Positions 8,821-17,429 of a DNA stretch of 47,578 nt are shown one piece after another (positions within the stretch are counted from its first letter, which is position 1; every line of letters begins with the position of its first letter). Origin of the DNA: an uncultured bacterium (GTDB lineage Bacteria; Desulfobacterota; DSM-4660; Desulfatiglandales; CALKZT01). Location of the stretch: positions 1 through 47,578 of the forward strand of contig CALKZT010000059.1 in assembly GCA_938002815.1 (NCBI GenBank), given 5' to 3'. The position numbers were made by a program, and so were the translations under genes. Under the pieces are notes generated by a model. It was not told the DNA's origin. It made no database searches and saw nothing but the letters and a program-made list of their open reading frames with translations.

Positions 8821-9258
8821 GTGGACATGAAGGTACTTCTGATATCTCTAACAGTTTTTTCCCTACTCTGTGTTGGGACACTAGGGCCAGGATGTGTTAC
8901 AACCCAGAGGACCTATGAGGGGGCGAGCATTGGCGGAGCAGTGGGGGCAGTAGCGGGTGCCCTCATAGATAAGAACAATCGCTGGAGGGGGGCCATGATA
9001 GGAGGTGCCATGGGCGCAGTCATTGGGGGCGCCACCTCTGAGATTGCCGCCAGGGCATCAAGGGAGGCAGCTTCCAGCGGCAGGCCTGTTGTTTACGAGT
9101 CCCAGGATGGTTGGCAGAGGGTAGAGGCACAGCCACTGAGCTATAACCAGCAGACCAAGTGCCACAAGGTACATGAAAAGATCTACCAGGATGGAAGGCT
9201 TGTAAAGGACCAGATAAAGGAGGTCTGCGAAGGGACTAAGACGGAGCGTACTTACTAA
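8821..9258 (+). CDS. Glycine-zipper (2TM) lipoprotein
   Basis: Signal peptide with GC lipobox-like Cys; GxxxG repeats (GASIGGAVGAVAGALI, GAMIGGAMGAVIGG). Confidence 0.8.
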   Translation: MDMKVLLISLTVFSLLCVGTLGPGCVTTQRTYEGASIGGAVGAVAGALIDKNNRWRGAMIGGAMGAVIGGATSEIAARASREAASSGRPVVYESQDGWQRVEAQPLSYNQQTKCHKVHEKIYQDGRLVKDQIKEVCEGTKTERTY

Positions 9259-9259
9259 G

Positions 9260-9556
9260 ATGAGCACCATAATAGAGCTCTCTCTCTTTCCCATGGACAA
9301 AGGGGAATCAGTGAGCCCCTATGTGGCAAGGGCAGTAAGGATCATAAAAGAGAGTGGCCTTCCTTTTCAAGTGGGTCCAATGGGGACCTCCATAGAAGGG
9401 GATCTGGATGAGGTGATGGAAGTGGCCGTCTCTTGTATAAAGGCCCTTTTATCTGACTCCAATAGGGTCTACTGGAGCATAAAAGGGGACTCTAGAAAAG
9501 GGAGGCAAGACGGTATCAGGAAGAAGGTGGAATCGGTAAAGGGAAAGATGTCTTAG
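9260..9556 (+). CDS. MTH1187/YkoF-like thiamine-binding family protein
   Basis: ELSLFP, SVSPYVA, GPMGTSIEGD and KKVESV pattern; 98 aa. Confidence 0.88.
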   Translation: MSTIIELSLFPMDKGESVSPYVARAVRIIKESGLPFQVGPMGTSIEGDLDEVMEVAVSCIKALLSDSNRVYWSIKGDSRKGRQDGIRKKVESVKGKMS

Positions 9557-9596
9557 CTTAAAGCATTCCTAACCTCTGAGCCAAAGGAGGTAGACG

Positions 9597-10724
9597 ATGC
9601 AACAGAGGGATCTTTTGAAAGGTATGCCCAGCGATGGGAAGAGAAAAGGGAAACTGTATCACGCCAATAATTTCACAAGGGGCTTTAGATCCTGGCTTAT
9701 GCCTTATATCAGGGCAAAACTGAGACCCTCTGAATTTAGACCAGTCTTGGCCTATGTCTATACAGATCTGAACTGTAATATGGAATGTCACTATTGCTAC
9801 AGTAGGGGCAAAAGGATCCCCGGGATGAGTATGGAAACAGGAAAAAGGGTGGTGGATTGGCTGGACTCAGTGGGATGTAAGGTCCTTGCATACATGGGTG
9901 GTGAGCCTTTGGTAAGGAAAGATTTCATCGTGGAGCTCACAGAATATGCCACATCCAAAGGGTTTTTTGTGTATCTGCCCACCAATGGTCTCCTCTTGGA
10001 CGAGGAATTCATCGATGCCATAGGTCGTGCCGGAATAGCTACGGTGAATCTGGCGGTGGATGTGGTGGAGCCCAAGGAAGGTCTTCCAAAGGCCTTATCC
10101 AGGATACAGGACCAATTTGAGCTCCTCTTGGCCAAGGAGCCCCAATATGGCTACATCACCTTCTTCAATATAAACATTACCCAGAGAAATATTCCCGATG
10201 TCAAGGAACTCACAGAGATAGCGCATAAAAGGGGTATTGCCACAGATTATCACATAAATGAACCCCCCTTGATTGACTATAACGGATTTGAACACCACGA
10301 GGACGGCTGGTGGATCACCCCACAAGAGTTTGAGGAGATAGACAAACTGGTGGATTGGTTGATAGAGAAGAACCGATCCGGTTATACAATGGTAAACTCT
10401 GTGGAGCACCTAAGGATGATGAAGGAGTTTATCAGGGGAAACCTGAGGCCTTGGCCCTGTCGAGCTGGAACACTCTCCATGGTAATTAGGCTGGATGGTT
10501 CCTTTGCCCCCTGCTTCGAGATGTATGGGAGCGAGGAAGACTGGGGAAATATCTATGACGGTCCTCGATTCAACAGGGAAAGATTGGAAGAATTGAAGAA
10601 GACCTGCTCCAAAAGATGCCTTAGCACCTGCAATTTCCAGGTCTATCACTATACAAAATCCTTTTTATATTCCCTCCAATGGGTGGCAAAACATGCCTAT
10701 TCCCATTTCCTTGGAGTAAGCTGA
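9597..10724 (+). CDS. Radical SAM protein with C-terminal SPASM/twitch-like Cys domain
   Basis: CNMECHYC, MGGEP and TNG motifs; auxiliary cysteines in WPCRAG, APCF and CSKRCLSTC; strong AAAGGAGG SD. Confidence 0.92.
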   Translation: MQQRDLLKGMPSDGKRKGKLYHANNFTRGFRSWLMPYIRAKLRPSEFRPVLAYVYTDLNCNMECHYCYSRGKRIPGMSMETGKRVVDWLDSVGCKVLAYMGGEPLVRKDFIVELTEYATSKGFFVYLPTNGLLLDEEFIDAIGRAGIATVNLAVDVVEPKEGLPKALSRIQDQFELLLAKEPQYGYITFFNINITQRNIPDVKELTEIAHKRGIATDYHINEPPLIDYNGFEHHEDGWWITPQEFEEIDKLVDWLIEKNRSGYTMVNSVEHLRMMKEFIRGNLRPWPCRAGTLSMVIRLDGSFAPCFEMYGSEEDWGNIYDGPRFNRERLEELKKTCSKRCLSTCNFQVYHYTKSFLYSLQWVAKHAYSHFLGVS

Positions 10725-11308
10725 GGCTGCTTTCAGTCGTAGACGAATTCCTCTTTCTGCTCCTCATATCCCTACCCATGGGAATAGTGGCCCTGGCCCA
10801 TGGGTTGGCCCTAAGATATGATCTCTTCCCCCAGACCAAGATCCCCTTGGATTTTGGTCTCTCCTTTAGGGGAAAGAGGCTCTTTGGGGAAAACAAGACC
10901 CTGAGAGGGGCCTTATTTCACCTGGTATTTTCCTTATTGGGGGCCTATATAAGTGGACTTTTGCAAGGCCCCCTTTTTAGGAGTACCCTTCCCTTTTTGG
11001 ACCTCTCGGAGAATTTCCTCCAGGTGGGGATCCTTTTGGGCCTTGGTATGACCATTGGTGAGCTTCCCAATAGCTTCATTAAGAGGCAGCTTTCCATAAG
11101 ACCGGGCATGAGGCCCAAAGGGGGGACAGGTATCCTATTCTTTTTTCTGGATCAGGTGGATATGGTATTTGGGATCTGGATCTTTCTCCCATGGGTGGCC
11201 CAGGTATCCTTTAGGACCTTCTTTCTACACCTACTAATCTTTTTGATCTTTCACCCTTTGATCACATATATAGGATTCCTGCTTCGTATGAGAAGGACTA
11301 AGACCTAA
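10679..11308 (+). CDS. CDP-archaeol synthase (CarS/DUF46)-like membrane cytidylyltransferase
   Basis: PLDFG...GKRLFGENKTLRG, GELPNSFIKRQL..PG and LDQVD motifs; multiple TM segments. Start uncertain (10679 ATG, 10721 CTG or 10778 ATG). Confidence 0.82.
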   Translation: MGGKTCLFPFPWSKLRLLSVVDEFLFLLLISLPMGIVALAHGLALRYDLFPQTKIPLDFGLSFRGKRLFGENKTLRGALFHLVFSLLGAYISGLLQGPLFRSTLPFLDLSENFLQVGILLGLGMTIGELPNSFIKRQLSIRPGMRPKGGTGILFFFLDQVDMVFGIWIFLPWVAQVSFRTFFLHLLIFLIFHPLITYIGFLLRMRRTKT

Positions 11309-11324
11309 AATAGCTCCCCTTACC

Positions 11325-11354
11325 TTGACTATCTGGCGGCCTGGTGATTAATCT
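11325..11354 (+). promoter_or_regulatory. Putative sigma70 promoter for ffh
   Basis: TTGACT-N18-TAATCT upstream of a GGAGGT SD. Confidence 0.4.
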
Positions 11355-11380
11355 TTGGAGACATCAGGGGAGGTGCCTAA

Positions 11381-12706
11381 ATGTTTGAAAACCTTACGGA
11401 CAAGCTATCGAATATATTTAGAAAGGTAACAGGAAGGGGCAAGCTCACAGAGGAGAATATAAAGGAGGCCCTAAGGGAGGTAAGGCTTGCCCTATTGGAG
11501 GCAGATGTAAACTATAAAGTAGTCAAGGATTTCATCCAGAAGGTCCAGGAAAAGGCAGTGGGGCAGGAGGTATTAGAGAGCCTAACCCCTGGGCAACAGT
11601 TTATCAAAATCGTGAGGGACGAATTGATATCCTTGATGGGGGATAAAGACATGGCCCTGAATCTCTCGGGAAGGCCTCCCCATGTAATCATGCTCATTGG
11701 TCTTCAGGGTTCAGGCAAGACAACCACTGCTGCAAAATTGGCCCTCTACCTAAGGAGGAAGGGGAGAAGACCCTATTTGGTACCAGCGGATATAAGAAGA
11801 CCCGCTGCCATAGAACAGCTCAGAAAGCTGGGGAGTCAGATAAATGTGGACGTCTATCCATCGGATCCGAAGGGTGACCCGGTAAGGATATGTGTGGATG
11901 CCACTGAAAAGGCCATGGCCCAGGGCAAGGATACCGTGCTTTTGGATACGGCCGGAAGGCTCCACATAGACGAACCCCTGGTCCAAGAACTGGTAGAGAT
12001 CAAATCCCTGGTCTCTCCCAAGGAGGTGCTCCTTGTGGCCGATGCCATGACGGGTCAAGATGCGGTGAACGTGGCCCGGGAATTCCACCAGAGGGTAGGT
12101 ATCACTGGCGTAATCCTCACCAAAACAGAGGGGGATGCAAGGGGTGGAGCAGCACTTTCGGTCAAGGCAGTGACAGGTGCACCCATAAAATTCGTGGGGG
12201 TAGGAGAAAAGCTGGACGCCTTGGAGGTCTTTTATCCCGAAAGGATGGCATCCCAGATCCTTGGGATGGGGGATGTACTTACCCTCATAGAAAAGGCACA
12301 AGAGGCCTTTGACGAAAAGCAGGCCAAGGAACTCCAAAAAAAACTCATGAAGCAGAAGTATGACTTAGAAGACTTCCTTAAGCACATAAGGCAGATCAAG
12401 AAGATGGGCTCCTTAGAGCAGATACTCTCCATGATCCCGGGGATGGGTTTTAAACAAAAGCTCAGGGACATAAGACCAGACGAGAAGGAATTAAAGAGGA
12501 TAGAGGCAATCATATGTTCCATGACCAGAGAGGAGAGGAAAAACTTCAAGATCATAAACGGAAGTAGGAAGAGGAGGATAGCAAAGGGCTCAGGGACTAC
12601 GGTCCAAGAGGTAAACAGGCTACTAAAAAACTTCCAGGAGACAAAAAAAATTATGGAAGAGGTCAGCAAAAAAGGTTATTCTAAATTGTACAATCTCTTG
12701 AAATAA
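11381..12706 (+). CDS. ffh: Signal recognition particle protein
   Basis: [24 protein letters not shown] and M-domain [11 protein letters not shown]. Confidence 0.98.
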   Translation: MFENLTDKLSNIFRKVTGRGKLTEENIKEALREVRLALLEADVNYKVVKDFIQKVQEKAVGQEVLESLTPGQQFIKIVRDELISLMGDKDMALNLSGRPPHVIMLIGLQGSGKTTTAAKLALYLRRKGRRPYLVPADIRRPAAIEQLRKLGSQINVDVYPSDPKGDPVRICVDATEKAMAQGKDTVLLDTAGRLHIDEPLVQELVEIKSLVSPKEVLLVADAMTGQDAVNVAREFHQRVGITGVILTKTEGDARGGAALSVKAVTGAPIKFVGVGEKLDALEVFYPERMASQILGMGDVLTLIEKAQEAFDEKQAKELQKKLMKQKYDLEDFLKHIRQIKKMGSLEQILSMIPGMGFKQKLRDIRPDEKELKRIEAIICSMTREERKNFKIINGSRKRRIAKGSGTTVQEVNRLLKNFQETKKIMEEVSKKGYSKLYNLLK

Positions 12707-12735
12707 AATCTCTAACTTTGGGGGTGAGAGTGTAG

Positions 12736-12999
12736 ATGCCAGTAAGGTTGAGACTAATGAGGATGGGCGCCAAAAAGAGGCCGTTTTTTAGGATCGTGGC
12801 TGCTCATAAGGAGGCCAAGCGCGATGGAAGGTTTTTGGAAATTTTGGGTTTCTATGACCCCAAAACAGACCCCGCCACAGTTAGGCTGAAGGAGGATAGA
12901 GTTCTATATTGGCTTGAAAAGGGGGCTCAACCCACAGAGACAGTGGGATCCATCTTAAAAAAGACGGGGCTTTTAGAGAAGGCCCAGGCCCTTGGTTGA
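12736..12999 (+). CDS. rpsP: 30S ribosomal protein S16
   Basis: RLRLMRMGAKKRPFFRIV, RDGRFLE and GAQPTETV. Confidence 0.98.
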   Translation: MPVRLRLMRMGAKKRPFFRIVAAHKEAKRDGRFLEILGFYDPKTDPATVRLKEDRVLYWLEKGAQPTETVGSILKKTGLLEKAQALG

Positions 13000-13032
13000 T
13001 GAAACTCTAAAGTTCCCACGGAGGTGAGTGCT

Positions 13033-13266
13033 ATGATGAAGGAGCTGATTGAGTATATTGCAAAGGCACTAGTTGACAAACCTGAAGAGGTGGTGGTTAA
13101 CGAGATAGAAGGGGAGCAGACCTCTGTAATAGAGCTAAAGGTAGCAAAGGAGGACTTGGGGAAGGTCATAGGGAAACAGGGCAGGACTGCCAGGGCCATG
13201 AGGACCATTCTAAGTGCCGCATCCACAAAGATAAACAAGAGGTCTGTCCTGGAAATCATAGAGTAG
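13033..13266 (+). CDS. khpA: KH-domain RNA-binding protein (KhpA/YlqC)
   Basis: [15 protein letters not shown] motif; conserved position between rpsP and rimM. Start 13033 or 13036. Confidence 0.93.
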   Translation: MMKELIEYIAKALVDKPEEVVVNEIEGEQTSVIELKVAKEDLGKVIGKQGRTARAMRTILSAASTKINKRSVLEIIE

Positions 13267-13794
13267 TTGCAGAGAGAAGCCCCAAAAGGCTTTGTATACT
13301 TAGGCAAGATCCTGAAGCCCCATGGAATAAAAGGGTGGCTCAGGATTTTGTCTTTTGCCGAAAATTTAACTGCCTTTGAACGCTGCCAAAAGGTATACTT
13401 GGCCCGGAACTCCTTAGAGGAACAAGAAGTGGAAGGGATAAGACCCTACAAATCACAAGCAATAATAAAATTTAGGGGTATTGACACCAGAAGCCAGGCA
13501 GAGACCCTTAAGGGCCACGAGATCTTTGTAAAGATAGAGGCCCTCTCAAGAGAGGAGGATGAATACTTCTGGTTTGAACTCATAGGTCTAAAGGCCTTTG
13601 ATCCTCAAGGCAAGGGCCTGGGAGAGGTCTCAGAGATTATGAGGACCCCTGCCCACGACATCCTTGTCATCCGGCAAGGGAAAAGGTCCTACTACATACC
13701 CATGGTAGAGGGTATAGTGGAGGAGATAAACCCCCAAAAGGGCCTGATAATCATATCTCCCATGGAGGGTCTATTGGATATAAATGAGATGTGA
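13267..13794 (+). CDS. rimM: Ribosome maturation factor RimM
   Basis: GKILKPHGIKG, DEYFWFELIG and AHDILVI; synteny. Confidence 0.95.
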   Translation: MQREAPKGFVYLGKILKPHGIKGWLRILSFAENLTAFERCQKVYLARNSLEEQEVEGIRPYKSQAIIKFRGIDTRSQAETLKGHEIFVKIEALSREEDEYFWFELIGLKAFDPQGKGLGEVSEIMRTPAHDILVIRQGKRSYYIPMVEGIVEEINPQKGLIIISPMEGLLDINEM

Positions 13795-14515
13795 TGTCAT
13801 AACCCTTTTCCCAGAGCTCTTCTCCCCTTTCTTGGATGTGGGGATGGTGGGGAGGGCCGTGAAGGCAGGGCTCCTGGTGGTAAATCTCATATGGCTCAGG
13901 GAATTTGGTGAGGGTGTGCACAGAAGTGTGGATGACAGGCCCTATGGGGGTGGACCTGGCATGGTGATGATGGCCCCTCCTCTCATGAGGGCAATAGAAT
14001 CCATAGAGAGGGAGAAGAGGTCCTTGCTACTGATAATGAGCCCTGCTGGAGAGATCTTCAGCCAGAATATGGCAAGCTCTTTTCTAAAGTTCGATCAGCT
14101 TGTTATAGTCTGTGGAAGATATGAGGGGATTGATCAGCGTATAGTGGAGCTCTCTGGTGCCAGGGAGGTCTCCATAGGAGACTATGTCCTCTCAGGTGGA
14201 GAGATCCCTGCCATGGTCATCATAGATGCCGTTACAAGGCTTCTGCCTGGTGTCTTGGGGGATGAGGCCTCCTCGGCGGAGGAATCCTTCAAAGAAGGGC
14301 TTTTGGAGTATCCCCAATATACAAGGCCCAGGACCTTTATGGGATTAGGGGTGCCGGAGGTGTTGTTAAGGGGGAACCACAAAGAGATAGAGGAATGGAG
14401 AAGGGCCCAGGCCCTTTTGAGGACCAAGGCAAGAAGACCAGATCTGTTTGAGAGGCTCCTTTTGACCAAAAGGGATATGGAGCTTATGGAACGATACTCC
14501 CAACAGGGGGAATAG
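13784..14515 (+). CDS. trmD: tRNA (guanine37-N1)-methyltransferase
   Basis: VDDRPYGGGPGMV, CGRYEGID, SIGDYVLSGGE and EYPQYTRP. Confidence 0.98.
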   Translation: MRCDVITLFPELFSPFLDVGMVGRAVKAGLLVVNLIWLREFGEGVHRSVDDRPYGGGPGMVMMAPPLMRAIESIEREKRSLLLIMSPAGEIFSQNMASSFLKFDQLVIVCGRYEGIDQRIVELSGAREVSIGDYVLSGGEIPAMVIIDAVTRLLPGVLGDEASSAEESFKEGLLEYPQYTRPRTFMGLGVPEVLLRGNHKEIEEWRRAQALLRTKARRPDLFERLLLTKRDMELMERYSQQGE

Positions 14516-15070
14516 GTGGCACTATTTACGGCCCTTTTACATTATCCCGTATATGACAGAAACAAAAATACCATATGTGCCCAGATCACGCCCCTGGATC
14601 TCCATGACATGGGAAGGCTCTCTGTGACCTATGGGGTAAGGACCTGTTTTATAGTAAACCCCCTGGAGGATCAGCGCAGGATTGCCCAAGAGATAATCCA
14701 TCACTGGGTGAAGGGATATGGCGCAACTTATAATCCCTTAAGAAAATTGGCATTTGAGCGACTCGTGGTAACAGGATCTTTGGAGGAGGCAGAGGCCTTA
14801 GTAGAGGAGGAGACCAAAGGGAGGGTCATAATGATAGCAACCGATGCCTCCCCAAAAAGGCCAACGCTCAGATATGAAGAGGTAAGCTCTTTGATCTCAA
14901 AGGAAAATGTGCTATTGATGTTTGGAACGGCATGGGGTCTACACGAGGAGGTGATTCAGAGGTCCTATGGACTTCTGGAACCTATTTTCGGGGTGGCTAA
15001 CTATAACCACCTTTCCGTGAGGACTGCTTCGGCCATCATTCTGGATAGGCTCATAAATAGAAGAGGGTAA
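14516..15070 (+). CDS. SPOUT-family RNA methyltransferase (trmD-associated, DUF2168-like)
   Basis: LLHYPV, LDLHDMGR, FGTAWGL and YNHLSVR motifs. Confidence 0.85.
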   Translation: MALFTALLHYPVYDRNKNTICAQITPLDLHDMGRLSVTYGVRTCFIVNPLEDQRRIAQEIIHHWVKGYGATYNPLRKLAFERLVVTGSLEEAEALVEEETKGRVIMIATDASPKRPTLRYEEVSSLISKENVLLMFGTAWGLHEEVIQRSYGLLEPIFGVANYNHLSVRTASAIILDRLINRRG

Positions 15071-15082
15071 GGAGGTGTCCAT

Positions 15083-15439
15083 ATGGATGTCTTAGAATAC
15101 TTGGAACGGGAACAGATGCGGACAGATATCCCAGAATTTAGACCAGGGGATACAGTGCGCGTCCATGTGAGGATCATTGAAGGGGAAAAGGAGAGACTTC
15201 AGGCCTTTGAGGGTGTTGTCATCAGGAAGAGGGGGAAAAATACCAATGCCACCTTCACGGTGAGGAAGGTCTCTTACGGGATTGGAGTGGAAAGGACATT
15301 TCCCATCCACTCACCCCTCATTGAGAGTGTTGAAGTGATAAAGCGTGGGGATGTAAGGAGGGCAAAACTCTATTATCTAAGGGAACTGAAAGGAAAGGCC
15401 GCCAGGATAAAGGAAAAGAGGGACCAAAGGGGGTTTTAA
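15083..15439 (+). CDS. rplS: 50S ribosomal protein L19
   Basis: [23 protein letters not shown] and [10 protein letters not shown]. Confidence 0.98.
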   Translation: MDVLEYLEREQMRTDIPEFRPGDTVRVHVRIIEGEKERLQAFEGVVIRKRGKNTNATFTVRKVSYGIGVERTFPIHSPLIESVEVIKRGDVRRAKLYYLRELKGKAARIKEKRDQRGF

Positions 15440-15447
15440 TTCTCCCC

Positions 15448-16149
15448 ATGGCCAGGCTTCCTAAGGGATTTATAATGGCCAGAGATCTTAGTTTTTTTGA
15501 AGAGATGTTCAAAAGGAAGGGCTATGGGAGGATTGCAGGGATAGATGAAGCGGGTCGTGGCTGTCTGGCAGGGCCTGTGGTGGCAGCTGCAGTGATACTA
15601 AGGGGCGATAACCCCGTTTCTGGTGTAAATGACTCAAAGGAGCTAAGCCCCAAGCAAAGGGAGGGCTTATTTGAGAGGATAATAAATGAGGCCCTATCTG
15701 TCTCTGTTGGTGTGGTGGGAGCTTTGGAGATAGACAGGAAAAACATCCTAAATGCCACCATAGAGGCAATGCTCCTGGCAGTGAAAGGACTTTCACCCGC
15801 TCCCGACCTGTTGCTCATAGATGGTCCCATAAGTTTACCCCTATCTCTTCCACAGCAGGGGATAATAAAGGGAGACAAGAGGTCCTTGAGCATTGCCTCC
15901 GCATCCATTGTGGCAAAGGTCTATAGGGATCGAATCATGAATGGCTTTGCAACCACCTACCCCGGCTATGGATTTGAAAGGCACAAGGGCTATGGGACAA
16001 GGGACCACCTAAAGGCTTTGAGGGAAAGAGGACCGTCTGAAATCCACAGGCGCACCTTTAAGGGAGTTTCCGATTTCGGAGAGGAGAAAGAGATTAGCCC
16101 TCCAAGGGGAAGAGCTGGCCTGCAAATTCTTAGAGGGGCAAGGATATAA
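15448..16149 (+). CDS. rnhB: Ribonuclease HII
   Basis: GIDEAGRGCLAGPV, DSK, IKGD, SIASASIVAKV and HKGYGT. Start may be 15475. Confidence 0.96.
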   Translation: MARLPKGFIMARDLSFFEEMFKRKGYGRIAGIDEAGRGCLAGPVVAAAVILRGDNPVSGVNDSKELSPKQREGLFERIINEALSVSVGVVGALEIDRKNILNATIEAMLLAVKGLSPAPDLLLIDGPISLPLSLPQQGIIKGDKRSLSIASASIVAKVYRDRIMNGFATTYPGYGFERHKGYGTRDHLKALRERGPSEIHRRTFKGVSDFGEEKEISPPRGRAGLQILRGARI

Positions 16150-16444
16150 GATCCTTGAGAGGAATTACAGGTGTCCCCTTGGGGAAGTGGATGTGGTGGC
16201 AAAGGAGAAGGATACCATTGTCTTTGTGGAGATCAAGACAAGGTCCTCCCGTGGAACCGGCTATGCAAAAGAGGCAGTAGATTTAAGAAAGCAGAGGCAG
16301 ATCTCCAAGGCAGCCTTATTCTACCTAAAGAGCAGGGATCTTTTGGGCAAGAAGGCGCGCTTTGATGTGGTTGCCATCATAAAAGGGGTGGAGAAGGATG
16401 GTTTTGAGCTGGTCCGAGACGCCTTTGAACTACAATATCCTTGA
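16073..16444 (+). CDS. YraN family endonuclease-like protein (probable ATT start)
   Basis: In-frame upstream extension reads ISERRKRLALQGEELACKFLEGQGYKILERNYRCPLGEVDVVA, followed by FVEIKTR and RFDVV. The ORF-track start at 16187 removes the conserved GEELA/ERN segment. Confidence 0.85.
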   Translation: MSERRKRLALQGEELACKFLEGQGYKILERNYRCPLGEVDVVAKEKDTIVFVEIKTRSSRGTGYAKEAVDLRKQRQISKAALFYLKSRDLLGKKARFDVVAIIKGVEKDGFELVRDAFELQYP

Positions 16445-16453
16445 GGTGTCCCT

Positions 16454-17140
16454 GTGTCTCAGAAGGGGATCTTGTACATTGTGTCGACACCAATAGGTAA
16501 TTTGAAGGACATCACCCTCAGGGCATTGGAGGTGCTGAAATCTGTGGATCTGATACTTGCCGAGTCCCCCCTCAATACAAGGCCCTTACTTAAGGCATAT
16601 GACATAAGAACCCCTGTACATAAGCTCAACCAGCATGCCAAAAAAAAGAACATCTCCCACTGGATTGAGATGCTTTCCCGTGGCTATAATATAGCATATG
16701 TCTCCAGCGCAGGCTCTCCAGGCATATCCGATCCGGGAAATTGGCTTGTAAGGGAGGCTCTTAGATCGGGCATCCAGGTCTCTCCCATACCAGGCCCCTC
16801 TGCACTGACTGCCGCCTATTCTGTGTCGGGTATGCCCTCTGATGGTTTTGTCTTTCTGGGGTTTCTCTCGCCCAAGAGTAGTAGGAGAAGAAAGGAGATT
16901 GAGGAGTTTAAGGAGCAAAAAAGGCCTATTCTGATCTTCGAGTCGTGCCATAGGATCTCAGGGACCATAAAAGACCTACTGATGATCTTAGGGAATAGAA
17001 ACGTGGTTATGGTGAGGGAGGCCTCAAAGCTCTTTGAGGAGGTTAAGTTATTGGACCTCAAGGGCTTAGAAGGGTATCTCAATGAGCATGAGCTAAAGGG
17101 CGAGATAACCCTTATTGTTGAGGGAAGAAAAGGTAATTAG
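16454..17140 (+). CDS. rsmI: 16S rRNA (cytidine1402-2'-O)-methyltransferase
   Basis: LYIVSTPIGNLKDITLRA, AGSPGISDPG, PIPGPSA and KGEITL. Confidence 0.95.
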   Translation: MSQKGILYIVSTPIGNLKDITLRALEVLKSVDLILAESPLNTRPLLKAYDIRTPVHKLNQHAKKKNISHWIEMLSRGYNIAYVSSAGSPGISDPGNWLVREALRSGIQVSPIPGPSALTAAYSVSGMPSDGFVFLGFLSPKSSRRRKEIEEFKEQKRPILIFESCHRISGTIKDLLMILGNRNVVMVREASKLFEEVKLLDLKGLEGYLNEHELKGEITLIVEGRKGN

Positions 17141-17159
17141 ATTTGGTTAGGATCCCAGG

Positions 17160-17429
17160 GTGGAAAGGGTCAAAAAGGTAAGGGTATTGAACAGATACGG
17201 GATCCATGCACGCGTAGCTGCCCAGATAGTGCAGACTGCTTTGGGATTTGGTTCTGCCTTCTATATCTCCCTGAACGGGAGGGAAGTGGATGGGAAAAAT
17301 CTCTTATCTGTTTTGAGCCTAGGTGCAAATGCAGGCTCTGAGCTGGAGTTGAGGGCAGTGGGGGAGGATTCAGATAAGCTAATAGATGCCATGAGCAGGC
17401 TTTTTAAGTCCAGGTTTGGAGAGGTGTGA
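17160..17429 (+). CDS. ptsH: PTS phosphocarrier HPr
   Basis: NRYGIHAR active-site motif; adjacent to ptsI. Confidence 0.92.
   Translation: MERVKKVRVLNRYGIHARVAAQIVQTALGFGSAFYISLNGREVDGKNLLSVLSLGANAGSELELRAVGEDSDKLIDAMSRLFKSRFGEV

Noticed and set aside
14516-15070. Extra SPOUT methyltransferase after trmD as a novelty
   Set aside because: This trmD-linked family is a known arrangement in deltaproteobacteria and some other anaerobes.
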